From Octopus sinensis (lineage: Eukaryota), in the NCBI RefSeq assembly GCF_006345805.1, contig NC_043005.1, positions 66,526,001 to 66,590,000 of the forward strand: DNA of 64,000 nt. The letters run 5' to 3'. Of the stretch, positions 39,995-52,718 are shown in pieces (positions within the stretch are counted from its first letter, which is position 1; each line of letters opens with the position of its first letter). The notes under the pieces are model-generated. The model had not been told where the DNA came from and did no database searches. It saw nothing but the letters and a program-made list of their open reading frames with translations. The position numbers and the translations under genes were made by a program.

Positions 39995-41109
39995 CTCGAA
40001 TTCGTCTGATTCCGGACTGTATGCAATTATGTGCTTTGACTACAGCACTAGAGCATGTTGCTTTGTTACATTGCAATATTGGTAATATTTTGCCTGTCCT
40101 CTATTCCCATGCGATTTCCTGCCAGTTTGTTCGTTATTGTTATAAATGAATTCAACTTTCACTTAGAAGTTTCTGTTAGCATAACTTCTAGTATTCTATC
40201 GAGATCTTGGTCCATTTAATGCTGTTCATTAGTTTTACTCAATGTTCGTTCTCTGATTTGTTGGACATGACTCTCTTGAGCAGTATTTGGTGGGTCCTGC
40301 CTGGGGCCTTCATGTGACACAAATATATATACACCTTCATAGGAACAGTGACTTAAATAACTAGAAAATCAACCGATTATTTTCTATCATATAATATTAT
40401 ACATAGATTTCAGTAATACCTTAGTAAAGGATAATTATGCATTACTAATGAAAGAACCATCAAAAGAATAACAATTTCAGTAGACAAATAATAAATCTTA
40501 TTGTAAAATACTCCACACCTGAGTATTTAAAGTGTTTATTGTAGCAAAGTGAAACACGGAAATAATAACGGAAAGTAGAGAAGAATAGAAACTCAAAGTT
40601 TACATTCAGTATACAACTGTAAAGTTGTGCAAAGCATCGCAGGAAACTGTCAGCAACAAAACCATATTGTCACTGTCAAACATTGAAATCAGTGAATTCA
40701 TGGTTATGTATAAACATCTGAATACAGTTGAGGAGGAGATAGTAAGAGGTATAAAACAACATAGATATAAAATTATATTTCAAATCTAAGATATGTAGTA
40801 TTCAAATGCAACATCAATTTCAAGCAGTATAAAAGTCTCTTAGACTAGATAACAGATGTAAATACTTGCCAATATGAATATACGTATACAATATACACAT
40901 ATACACATATACACATATACACATATCCATCCACTCATCCAGCCACGCAGATATACGTGGATTATACATACATACATGCCTACATACATACATACGTACA
41001 TACATACATACATACATACATACATACATACATACATACATACATACATGCATACATGCATACATACATACATACATACATACATACATACATACATACA
41101 TACATACAT

Positions 41110-41575
41110 ACATGGTGGTGGCTGCCCCCTTGTTATCGAGTATGGTCATTGCACGAAGCTTGCACAGATTAAATCCCACTCACTAAGCAACAGCAGCCAT
41201 AATCCGAAAAGAAGAAGTCAACATCATCGGTAACCACTGAGCCGCAGGTTTATGTCGGAGTTATCCCAGTTACCTGAGTTACCTTCTCCTAGAAGGATGC
41301 CCTAACAAAGGCTATGAGTCCTTCACTCCCAATGGTTTAACTGCGCGATCGGGTATTCAGTCCGATTATTTCTATGTCCCCGCGCATGATACAGCCTTAA
41401 GACATTTATTGGATGACCGTTGACGGGTTTTGTTTTTCATCCCGCAGGGTGTCCAATAAACACCCTTCTCACCAAGCAAGCTTGGTGGGGTTGCCGGTTT
41501 AGTCGCCGACGACCCGACCATGCAACAGGTTGTACTGGGTTACATGTTACCAGTAGCACTCGAAAGTGACCTGAC
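41110..41575 (-). mobile_element. RTE-type LINE 5' region
   Basis: Minus strand contains agccttt...ggcatccttctaggagaaggtaactc, a motif recalled from RTE 5' UTRs. A second copy lies at 8986-9120. Confidence 0.5.
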
Positions 41576-41600
41576 ATATACACATTCATACATGCATACA

Positions 41601-41634
<34 letters not shown>

Positions 41635-41694
41635 CATACATGGATACATACATACATACATACATACATACATGCATACATACATATATATGAC

Positions 41695-41935
41695 GTTGTA
41701 GCTAGGACACTATAATGAATTCCGCCGGAAGGATTATCCCAACGACAAAGAAATACAAACCGACAATATGGTAGAAGCCATAGCCATACATAATGAAAAA
41801 GAATATTGGTGGGATGTGCCAGTGAAGACCTCAATAAATTATAAGCACAACAGATCTGATAAAATGATTTGGGATAAAGAAGAGAAACTGTGCAGAGTTG
41901 TGGAAATTACCTGCTGTTAACATAAAGGTGAAGAT
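41695..41935 (+). mobile_element. R4/Dong-like endonuclease fragment (lineage H)
   Basis: EYWWDVPVKTSINYKHNRSDKMIWDKEEKLC is similar to 51050-51130. Confidence 0.7.
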
Positions 41936-41939
41936 CATA

Positions 41940-42545
41940 TAGGTTGGAAATCTGTCCTGAAAAGAGCAAAATCCTGGTTAATGATTACAAACAAAACACT
42001 GCAACCAAGACCATACAAAACGGAGAAAGACTTGATAAAGTGGACATCTTCAAGTACCTAGGATTCACTTTGACCAAGGACAGCAGATCTGAAAAGGAAA
42101 TACAAAACTCAGTTTAGCCTCTGCTGCCATGACAAAGCTGAACAACATATGAAAAATCAGTTCTATTAGTTTTCCTACAAGAACCTGGTGACTTCGATCT
42201 TTCTGTAAGATGAATCTCGGCATTTGAGCACAAGCGAGCCAACAAATATGTTGGCAGACAGGAACCACTCCTAGCACATGTAAAAACACGAAAGCTTGCT
42301 TGGTACGGTCACGTATCCTGCCGCAACTACCTGCCCCAAACCATTCTTCAGGGCACAGTTGAGGGAGGGCGACAGTGAAATCCCTGGTTTGGCAACATTA
42401 AGGACTGGGTAGGTCACAACACAGAGAACCTGCTACGCATGATAGAGAACATAGACCAGTAGCGATAGCTGACTATGAGAGCACCCAGAATGTCTTTCCA
42501 ACGACTGTCTGCATCAATTAAGAAATCTTGATGATAATGATGATG
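41940..42545 (+). mobile_element. RTE-type LINE 3' fragment
   Basis: EKSKILVN...VDIFKYLG and KLAWYGHV...ILQGTVEG, with a gat-repeat tail. Confidence 0.75.
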
Positions 42546-43081
42546 TTCACATACTGAGGTAGGATGCATTAACTGCTGGCTAGGAAAGAAATGTTTATTT
42601 ACAGAACGATTATTATAAAAATATATTGTAGTCAGACATTTATAATATATGTTTCCATTATGCGTCAGAATTTTACATCTGATAGAATTTTTCTAACATA
42701 GCTTCTATTTTAAGGGCATTTCCTGACATTTCTAGAGTTACAGATTGTGTTGTTCATGTTAGTTGGACCACTAATAGTTAATTACAGGAACAACATGAAT
42801 GCAATAATAGTGCCCATTTGCACGGCAACAAAGTTAATGGCTGATATGCTATTTACATGTTCATAAATATTATCATCGTGAATATTATCATTAAAAATAA
42901 TTGTGCACATAATCTAAAGTATGGAAGACTATTGATAACTTCTTAGCTCACTTAAACTCTCAAATTAAAGTGAATTTTACTATAAACGTCGCTTTGCTGT
43001 TAATGTTATTTGTTAAGCGAGATGCTTATTCGTTTCGCCACCCCCCATACTTAATTGCAGCAATATTACCAACTAAATTAA

Positions 43082-43285
43082 GGAGGTAAGCTGGCAGAAT
43101 TATAAGCACGCCGGGCAAAGTATTTCGCGGCAATTTGTCTATCTTTACGTTCTGAGTTCAAATCCCGCCGAGGACGACTTTGCCTTTCATTATTTCGGAA
43201 TCGATAAAAAAAAGTACCAGTAAAAAAGTACGACTTACATACTTCCTTTAACTTTCTGGCCTTATCCCAAAATTTGAAACCAATA
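43082..43285 (+). mobile_element. SINE family 2
   Basis: Similar to 52486-52718. Confidence 0.8.
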
Positions 43286-43301
43286 TTATCAGCTAAATTA
43301 G

Positions 43302-43369
43302 GAGCAGCAACATCGAGCTTAGTTAGTACTTAGATGGGTGACCAATCGGGAAACCTAGGTGCTGTAAGC
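43302..43369 (+). pseudogene. 5S rRNA 3'-half pseudogene fragment
   Basis: gttagtacttagatgggtgaccaatcgggaaacctaggtgctgtaagc matches the 5S C-box and 3' end (GTTAGTACTTGGATGGGTGACC...GGTGCTGTAAGC). The 5' half is absent. Confidence 0.8.
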
Positions 43370-43387
43370 GTCACACATTCATAGACG

Positions 43388-43543
43388 TAGATGTGGCTGT
43401 GTAGTAAGTATCTTGCTTACCAACCACATGGTTCCGGGTTCAGTCCCACTGCGTGGCACTTTGGGTAAGAGTCTTCTATTATAGCCTCGGGCTATAATGG
43501 ATTTGGTAGACGGAAACTGAAAGATGCCCGTCGTATATATGTA

Positions 43544-43592
<49 letters not shown>

Positions 43593-43815
43593 GTGTGTAT
43601 ATGTTTATGTGTCTGTGTTTGTTCCCCCAACATCGCCTGACAACCGATGCTGGTGTGTTTATGTCCCCGTAGCTTAGCGGTTCGGCAAAAGATTCCTATA
43701 GAATAAGTACTAGGCTTATAAAGAATAAGTCTTTGTGTCGATTTGCTTGACTAAAGGCGGTGCTCCAGCATGACCACAGTCGAATGACTGAAACAAGTAA
43801 ATGAGTAAAAGAGTA
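43388..43815 (+). mobile_element. tRNA-type SINE family 1, full length
   Basis: Similar to 12353-12776. Confidence 0.88.
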
Positions 43816-44862
43816 TAGGTACTAAATATTTGACGATGTATTTATGCTTTGGTGGGAATTTTTTTCTTAGATATTAAAACGAAGTTTGTGGTATGTGCGT
43901 CCAAATTTGCAATGAAACTGGGGGTATAATGCGAGGTTATGTATCTCTTCCTAATTTCCTTAGTATAAATTTTATATTTTTTGCTTCATGTATTACCGTA
44001 CGCGTGATTAGAATTTTTGTTATAGCTTTTGTAATGGATTTTATTGATATTTCTAAGTTTAAAAGAGTTATAGTTCCTATGTATATTATTTGATACTATC
44101 GCGTCTAATTCCAATATTTTTCCTTCACAATATCAATATTGTTACTATAATATTTATTTTATGCTAAAAGTTATAGGTCCAATTATGGTAATTTTAGCAG
44201 TAGTATCAATAAATTTGGACGTGTTATTACTCTTACCTTAATGCTAGCATATTTAACAGTAATTTAATGAATATACCAATTTCAAGGTTATTTTTTTTAT
44301 ATCTTCATATGGTTGTATGTTCCTGTGATTATAATTACTTCTTTGTATTCGTATTATTGCAAGTTTTCCTTTTGCTTGTGACTAATCGTATCTATATAGT
44401 GTTAGGTACATAATTTGTGTCTTCTATGCAATCACCCCTTCTAGATTCAATGCATTGTTCTGAGACGTTTTCTCATTAGAAGATATTTTGTAAATTCCAG
44501 TAGATGCATTCTTAACAAAATTATTAATTCTGCATGAATTACAAGACGGTGGTGAGTGAAATTTGTAAATAGAATTATAAACTTTCACAGTATTCTAACT
44601 ATAGAAAATAGTCTAATATCCGGGCTTATCAACTCGCGTGACTGAAAAATTAGACAATATTCTTATTTTCGCGATAAGAGTGTTTACCAATTACACCGAC
44701 ATACGTACCCTTTTTTCCGTAAAAGTTTTCGGAACTATGAATTCATAGCGGTAGATATGTAAACATGTGCGAATTCTTAATCAATTAGGAGACGGTAGTA
44801 GTTGTAGTAGTAAAAGCCTTTTGAGTGAATTTGGTAGACGGAAACCGAAAGAAGCTCGTTGC

Positions 44863-44954
<92 letters not shown>

Positions 44955-45029
44955 TTAGGGAGTATAACTCCAAACTTACAGGGAAAAATTCAATTTAGTA
45001 TTAAATAAAATTTCACAGTATAAATATAT

Positions 45030-45426
45030 AAAATATATAAAAAAGTAAGGTTGTGTGTCTGTCTCCTACGATTTAGATTCATAACTACTCCCACATTTTG
45101 CGGTGCAGTGTAACCAAAACCGGGTATCTTATAGTCGTCATTCATATCGAGCCCTTCTGCGTATTAGCGCGCGTCTACGATGAGTCTACGATTTTAAAAA
45201 TAATTTACCATTATTTTTTTCCATTTTAATGCATTTTTTCGCTATTATATAAGGGAAGTAACTCTCTAAAAATGTCTACGATGAGTCAACGATTTAAAAA
45301 AAAAATTACCATATTTTTTTTTCCATTTTTAATGCATTTTTTTGCTATTTTTTGGCTATAACTCTCTAAAAATGGTTTATAGTTATTTCCCTTACAAAGC
45401 CGAGCAACGCCGGGCGATACTGCTAG
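45030..45426 (+). mobile_element. Non-autonomous Helitron with an internal ~95-bp duplication
   Basis: The 3' ~100 bp is near-identical to 32740-32843 and ends CTAG|T. The 5' boundary is approximate. Confidence 0.7.
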
Positions 45427-45430
45427 TAAA

Positions 45431-45529
45431 ATATAAATTAGAGATAAAACCACTATAATGCAACTCAAACAGTGTTTATGTCTATGAATGTTTGAGTTGC
45501 ATAATAGTGGTTTTATGTCTAATTTATAT
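45431..45529. repeat. 99-bp palindrome (41-bp arms, 2 mismatches, 17-nt loop)
   Basis: atataaattagagataaaaccactataatgcaactcaaaca pairs with its inverted copy. Confidence 0.9.
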
Positions 45530-46860
45530 ATATATATATATATATATATGTTTGTGTGTCAGTGTTTGTTCCCCCACCATCACTGGACAACCGATGTTAG
45601 TGTTTTTACGTTCCCGTAACCTAGCGGTTCGGCAAAAGATACCGATAGAATAAGTACTAGGCTTAGAAAGAATAAGTCTTAGGGTCGATTCGTTCGAGTA
45701 AAGGTGGTGCTCCAGCATAACAGTACACACACAGACACACACACACACACACACACATACACACACACACACACACACATACACACACACATATATATAT
45801 ATGCATTGAAGATTTTGAAAAATGTATGTAAGCTGTTTTAGAGTCACTTAATAGACGACTGGCTATAATTATGTACTTCTAGGAGAACATCATTGCTGTA
45901 TAATCCACCACCTATGTCCTGATATTCAGCATTTAATTGATAGAGTAGGAAAGACAAACTAAGTCGATGGTGTTTGCAGATAATTAAATTAATCGATTGC
46001 TTTCTATGTAATTTTATTCCTGTGTTTAAACGCGAATGCATGCATACATACATGCAAATATACATAAATACACACATACGCACACACACACACATATACG
46101 CACATACATATGTATACAAACGTGCACAGTCATATAAATATGTATGAATACGCAAAAGAACACAAACATACACACATATATGCACACATCATACATGGAT
46201 GCATGCATACAGAGAAACTTACGTACTCGTAACCTGAACTTAAAAACTAAAATACTTGTGAATACATACCAATTTATACACACATAACGGCCACTTACGC
46301 ATATCCGTTATTAGATACCCTCCAATTTAAATTTGATTTTATAGTAGTAGATGACGAATTAATTTTAACTTGTAATTAAAAATGGCCTCCAATCACATAA
46401 GCATAGGAAAGACTTAATAGTTTTAAAAGTTCTCATCTGTGAATCATTGTGAGTGCTAATAGTAATAAAATCAATTTTAAAGGAGAGTCCATTTAGAAAA
46501 CCTAACGGAATTATACGATGTATTCACAAAAATGTTTAATCACTCACTTGTATTCTGAGCCACGTATTTGGTAATATCTGTTGAAGTTTTTCCAGTATCT
46601 CCTTCGGATGAAGAGACAACTAATTGTCATGTACAGTTTTATATTAGGCAGAAGTAGATTCTCTGATGTAATTATATATAAATGCATTTCCAAACAGAGT
46701 AATACCAGAAGGAGAAATGTCAAATGGCTTAAATAGCCTTCTTCTTTGAGCATCACTGTAATATCATTCGTTCTTTTCCAGATTTAATTAGTACACATTT
46801 TCTTACAAGCCATTAGTTACACATCATTTTTAATAGGAATAGTGCTAAGTTAAGTTACAG

Positions 46861-46959
46861 GTGCACTGATGATTTGGCCTCTGTGCCTACTAAAAGAAAA
46901 TTAACGCGCACAGACAGACAAAATTCGTTACAACAATGTAATTTCCTGACTACTGAAAG
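46861..46959 (+). CDS. Candidate 99-nt internal exon (CTDDLASVPTKRKLTRTDRQNSLQQCNFLTTE)
   Basis: ttacag|G acceptor, AAG|gtaaat donor, and one open frame (phase 2-2). No homologue recognised. Confidence 0.25.
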
Positions 46960-47599
46960 GTAAATGCAGAAAACTGTTCCATACTGTAGAACATTCTCCA
47001 AATAAAACAGTGTTATTGAGTTGTCTATTGGTTCTCTACCTCTCCTCATCTTCTGTGCGTGATTGTGTTTATGACTTGGTATGTGTGTGTATGTGTGTGT
47101 GTGTTTACGTGTATGTGTATGTGTGTGTGTTTACGTGTATGTGTATTGTGTGTGTGTGCGTGCGTGCGCATTCGAATATACTTGAATAAACAGGATGTGA
47201 AACATACCAGGCGTTAATTCGAGATCGCTAAGCAAAGCAGTTACTATGTTTGGTTTCAAGATACGTCATACTATATACATTACGTATCATACTTGTAATT
47301 ATTCATCTCTAATTAGGTATTGTAATTAATCATGAACTATATAATAAATATTCAGTCTTTAAACGTATTGCATTGCTCACGTGTTTCGAAATCATTTCGT
47401 CCGAGAAAGAATATTTTTCCGTGATAAACAAGAAAGAATATTACCCTTCAATTCTGTGTTTGCGATAATCATTAAAAGTAGTTGTAATGAACGTATTACT
47501 AATCACGAATCAAGAAAAATAAAACGTGAAAAGAAAATGTCATTTATACACTTCTCAGACGAGATTGATAAGAAAGACCTCACGGACACTAAATACTGA

Positions 47600-47815
47600 C
47601 TTCAAATTTGAGCACAAGGCCAGAAAGTTTGTGGGGAGTGGTTAAGTCGATTACATCGTTCCCGGAACTCAACTGGTACATATTTTATCGAACCCGAAAA
47701 GAAAAAAAAGGCAAAGACGACCTCAGCGGAATTTGAAATCAGTACGTAAGAACGGACGAAACGCAGTTAACCATTGTGCCCGGCCTGCTAACGACTCTGC
47801 CAGCTCGCCGCCTTA
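47600..47815 (-). mobile_element. SINE family 2
   Basis: Reverse-complement similarity to 52486-52718. Confidence 0.8.
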
Positions 47816-48198
47816 AAGAAACCAACTATTAACCTCAAATCTAAAGTGTAGATGCGAGGAAAAGTTTGAAATGAGCGAAAATTCGTTAGTATTAAGGTCA
47901 GGGGCCGCCCTGGATGTAATACTAAACTAAGTAATTTTGGCATCTAGTCAATGTACATGCAAGAATACTAACTCTGCTAGACAGAAATCGGGCGGTCCTG
48001 AAATCTTATCATCTTCCACGAGCAATCCAGTATTAGCAATTTTCTCACTCCGTATTAGACCCGAATGTCTTCCACTGGTTCTATGTAAACAGGCACAGCT
48101 GTCTAAAATGCCTTTTTGCATGTTATCAGTTTATCTATCAATGTACATTCTATCTCTGACTACCTATCTATCTGTCTTTCTCACTCTCTCTCTCTCCT

Positions 48199-48310
<112 letters not shown>

Positions 48311-48591
48311 TATATATATTATATATATATATAATAAAGAAATATAAAATACATCAAGTACAGGACATCATCAAAGAGTGAAAATTAGGTAGACATACAA
48401 GTGATAAGTACAGGAAAAATAATATACAATAAGAACATGAATCACCAACGAGTGAAAAATACGTAATCACACGAGAGACAAAGTACGGGACAAATTACCA
48501 AAAGGAGTTTAGCCCATCATCAGTTGTCCCCTGCTAGTTACTACCTACCTATATATATATATATATATATTATATATTATATATGTATATA

Positions 48592-48661
<70 letters not shown>

Positions 48662-48664
48662 TAC

Positions 48665-48728
<64 letters not shown>

Positions 48729-48731
<3 letters not shown>

Positions 48732-48860
48732 TGCGGTTTTAGATGTGGAACAGAGTGTGCAGATCAGATATTTGTAGTAAGGCAGATGTGTGAGAAGCTT
48801 TTGGCAAAAGGGAGGGATGTATGTTGGGCCCCTGTGGACCTAGAGAAGGCATATGACCGT
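48729..48860 (+). mobile_element. Inverted 132-bp copy of an RTE RT segment (50394-50524)
   Basis: Reverse complement with about 3 mismatches, embedded in (TA)n. Confidence 0.9.
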
Positions 48861-49034
48861 ATATATATATATCTTCTCTTCTCTTCTTCCCGTCTGTCTT
48901 GATAGACAATGGGTCGCGCCAAGGGTGGGGCCTACTTTGATGATGAGCAGCGTCTGCTGTGACTGAACAGTCCAATTCTAGAGTGGCAGTCCCTGGTACA
49001 GTTGCTGCACACGAACATCGATGGGTACGTGTGG

Positions 49035-49108
<74 letters not shown>

Positions 49109-49184
49109 GTATATATATATATATATGTATGTAATATATATTTAGGTAGTATACACACACACACATGTATGTATATATTATTTA

Positions 49185-50815
49185 CCAAGGCTTATTCCCC
49201 ATAAGTGTGGGTAGCCACAATAAGACACACACCAGGCATTCCATCTATTTCCCAGCTCAAAGAGGTATGCCCCAACCTATGCTTGGGTCAAGGCATAGAA
49301 AGCAAACCCTGGTATCATCAGCGGGGTCTGAAGGCATATGCTGGCTTACCCCCGCCACAGTATGCTAGTTCCGTACCCCTTTAAGCAACATAAATTCAAT
49401 CATCCGTCCTTTCATTAATAAACTCTCTTACCTCTCTCACTCCAACATCTCTAACCATCAAAGCTTTCTTCTCTCCATCCATCCACCCACACAAACGGGT
49501 GTCTGCCTCTGGTTCTGTTGCCTACCAATTTTGCCTTCATCACCTTCCTTACCATCCGCTCCTCATCCATCCTTTTCAGGTGACCAAACCACCACAAAAT
49601 TCGTCTATCCATTCTGGTACATAGATTTTCTCTAATTCCTGCTCGCCTTCGCACCTCCTCATTCCTCACCTTGTCCACCCGTGACACACCAATAACCCTC
49701 AAACACCCCATCTCAAACACATCTAATCGCCTCCTTTCCGCCTCTCTCAAACCGCACGTCCCTGCACCATATAACATTGTCAGTACAATCATGCCCTCAT
49801 ACACAACTCTTTTCGCTTTCATACTCAACCTTTTATTTCTCAGCATACTTTCACAGCTCCAAGTATCTTACGCCACCCCTCACTCTGTATCCCACCTCAG
49901 CAGCCAACTCCCCATCCACCGTCACATGTCACTCCAGATGCTAAAAAAACACTCAACTCCTCTAACATCTTACCATTTATACTCACATTCATCCTACCAT
50001 CCATTTCATCTCTCGAACATGTCATCTTAGCTACATTCACTTTCAGTTTCCCCCTCTCACACACTCTTCCAAATTCTACAGCAGTCTTCTGAGTTGCTGT
50101 CCCGAATCTGCCACCAGTGTTGTATCATCAGCAAACAACAACTGACCCACCTGGCATTCCTCTCCATTTTCCCCCACCATTTGGGCTCTCCTTCCAAAGA
50201 TTCTAGCATTTACCTCTCTCACCATACCATCCATATATAGATTATATATATAGACACAACCCTGGCTTAACCCCACCTTCACATCAAACCACTCACTTCA
50301 CCACCCACCCTAACGCACGCCGTACTTTCCTCTACAGAAACTCTGTACAGCTCTCAACAATCGCAACACCTGCCACATTGCATCCCTTTCCATACGGTCA
50401 TATGCCTTCTCTAGGTCCACATAGGCCCAATATACATCCCTCCCTTTGCCAAAAGCTTCTCACACATCTGCCTTACTACAAATATCTGATCTGCACACTC
50501 TGTTCCACATCTAAAACCGCACTGTTCCTTCCCCCAGTATATTCTTTGTCTGGTTCCTCACCTTTACAATCATAATTATCACATACAGTTTACCAACCAC
50601 AAGTAATATATTTATACTCCTAAAATTCCCCTTGAATAATGGCACTATACAGACACAGTAACCAGTCCTTTGGTATTCTTCCATCCATATAAAAAACATT
50701 CATAAGCCCCACTAACCATTCATTTACTGTCACTCCTCCTTTCTTTAGGCATTCCACCGTACACACATCTATAACTGGCGCCTTCCGATTTGCCATTTTC
50801 CGCAAACATTACCTC
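49185..50815 (-). mobile_element. RTE-clade LINE, 5'-truncated and decayed
   Basis: CIVPLFKG, DLEKAYD, VGLSQGC, LLFADDT, RRLDVFEMGCLR and WWFGHLKRM. Confidence 0.92.
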
Positions 50816-50952
50816 AGCCCCTCTCTTCCAATGGCACCGTAGTTCCATTTCCCATCAAGAGGCCTTCTCCTCTATCCTCCTACAGCGACAGAACTTTCTA
50901 TATTCTTTAGGAAACAGCTCCGGATTTCCATTAGTTAGAAACAGAAGGGAAG

Positions 50953-50983
<31 letters not shown>

Positions 50984-51047
50984 CATACATACATACATAC
51001 ATACATACATACATACATACATGCATGCATACATACAGTATACATAA

Positions 51048-51730
51048 AAACCTCACTAAAATGTAAATACAATAGACCTGATATAATGATTTGGGAGAGA
51101 GAAGAGAAACTGCTCTGTGTACAGTTGTGAAATTCAGCTGCCCAACGGATGTTAACATAAAGCTAAGGAACAGCTAGAAAGAGAATTCCTACACTGAACC
51201 ATTGAGTATTCTGCTGTTACTCTATCCAGATTACAAGTTCAGGTCTATACCTGTAATTATTGGGGTAGTGTGTTATATAGATATGTGGGATATATAACAC
51301 GCTACCTCAATACCAATCTTGAGAAATTGGGTTTCTCAAAATCAGAAAAGGGAATGCTGATTCTAAGACTACAGATTCAAGCCATCACCGGAACTGTAAA
51401 AATCTGTAAAACTTTCCAGAAATTTATCAGCTCAGTATATATGATCATGTCTGGTTATGCAAGTATATGCATGAACATTTATACATAAAACAAAACATAA
51501 AGATCTGCGTACATACATACATACATACATACATACATACATACATACATACATACACACATACATACATAACTAGATAGATAGATAGATAGATATATAG
51601 ATAGACAGACAGATAGATAGATACATACATACAGACAGACAGACAGAAATAACTTGCTGATGTTGTTGGTTCTAGGTTAGAAACCGGCACTTGATTGGCA
51701 AGATATCTTGAAATAAAAGTGAATGACATA
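51048..51730 (+). mobile_element. R4/Dong-like 3' end (lineage H)
   Basis: RPDIMIWEREEK, SCPTDVNI, YPDYKFRSIPVIIG and LQIQAITGTVKICKTF. Interrupted by a microsatellite. Confidence 0.8.
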
Positions 51731-51794
51731 TATACATAAAAATACATAAATACATACATACATACATACATACATACATACATACATACATACA

Positions 51795-51827
<33 letters not shown>

Positions 51828-52485
51828 CTATTCCTAAGCATTTAAAATCGAATGAACTCTAAAGTGTTCAGTAAATGTTCCAGGATATTTTCGCATGCAC
51901 TTTTATAATAATGAGGCAGACTAGTTCAGCACTTATCGTGTTTGGATAACTGTCAATTGTTATAGACTACTGACTTAGTAAACAGAGAATGGTTAATGTT
52001 TCTAAAATGAATATGTAATAACACCCAAAGTAAGTGCTACCGATCTAACTTTCATGCATATTTAAAGCATACACAATGCATATTAAATTTTCGTTGCATG
52101 GAGACGAATCTGTGTTGTACAATAATATGTATACGCACACACAGACACAAACGCACCCCCCACACTCAAACACACACACACACACATACTTGGGTGTGCG
52201 CGCGTATGTGTGTGCGTATAAAAATGTGTGTTTTTGAACGCTAAAGCAAGCGTAGTATAGATACTAATGGATTGGTTGTCAGATAAGTGAGAACTTCAAT
52301 TCTTCATCCAGGCTGTATGTATGGAACCTAAATATATGTGTATGTGCGTGTATTTGCTTGTTTTTATGCTTTTATAATGTGTGGTTGAAAAACGTCAGGG
52401 GATTTGTTTGTATAATATATTTACTGTAGCCCGTATAAAATATTTTCAAAATAGAAAGAATTATATTGGTTTGTAGCTTTCATAA

Positions 52486-52718
52486 GGCGGCGAGCTGGCA
52501 GAAACGTTAGCACGCCGGGCGAAATGCGTAGTTGTATTTCGTCTGCCGATACGTTCTGAGTTCAGATTCCGTCGAGGTCGACTTTACCTTTCATCCTTTC
52601 GGGGTCGATAAATTAAGTACCAGTTACGCACTGGGGTCGATATAATCGACTTAATCCGTTTGTCTGTCCTTGTTTGTCTCCCCTGTGTTTAGCCCCTTGT
52701 GGGTATTAAAGAAATAGA
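52486..52718 (+). mobile_element. SINE family 2, best-preserved copy
   Basis: ggcggcgagctggcagaaacgttagc head and a B-box-like gttcagattcc. Four copies occur in the window. Confidence 0.88.

Larger units (their letters stand above)
44812..45720 (+). mobile_element. SINE family 1 split (44812-44855 and 45548-45720) by nested insertions
   Basis: The SINE middle and 3' halves are separated by (AAT)n, a Helitron and a palindrome. Confidence 0.7.

Noticed and set aside
43900-44600. Faint PLE GIY-YIG or Helitron helicase similarity on the minus strand
   Set aside because: Only scattered residues match and no motif can be read continuously.
46547-46625. Possible minus-strand exon (VSSSEGDTGKTSTDITKYVAQNT) with a GTGAGT donor
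   Set aside because: The acceptor is weak, there is no partner exon or homology, and it conflicts in strand with the other exon candidates.
48495-48535. Minus-strand CUGAUGA in a PLE-tail-like repeat
   Set aside because: The GAAA half of the core is absent.
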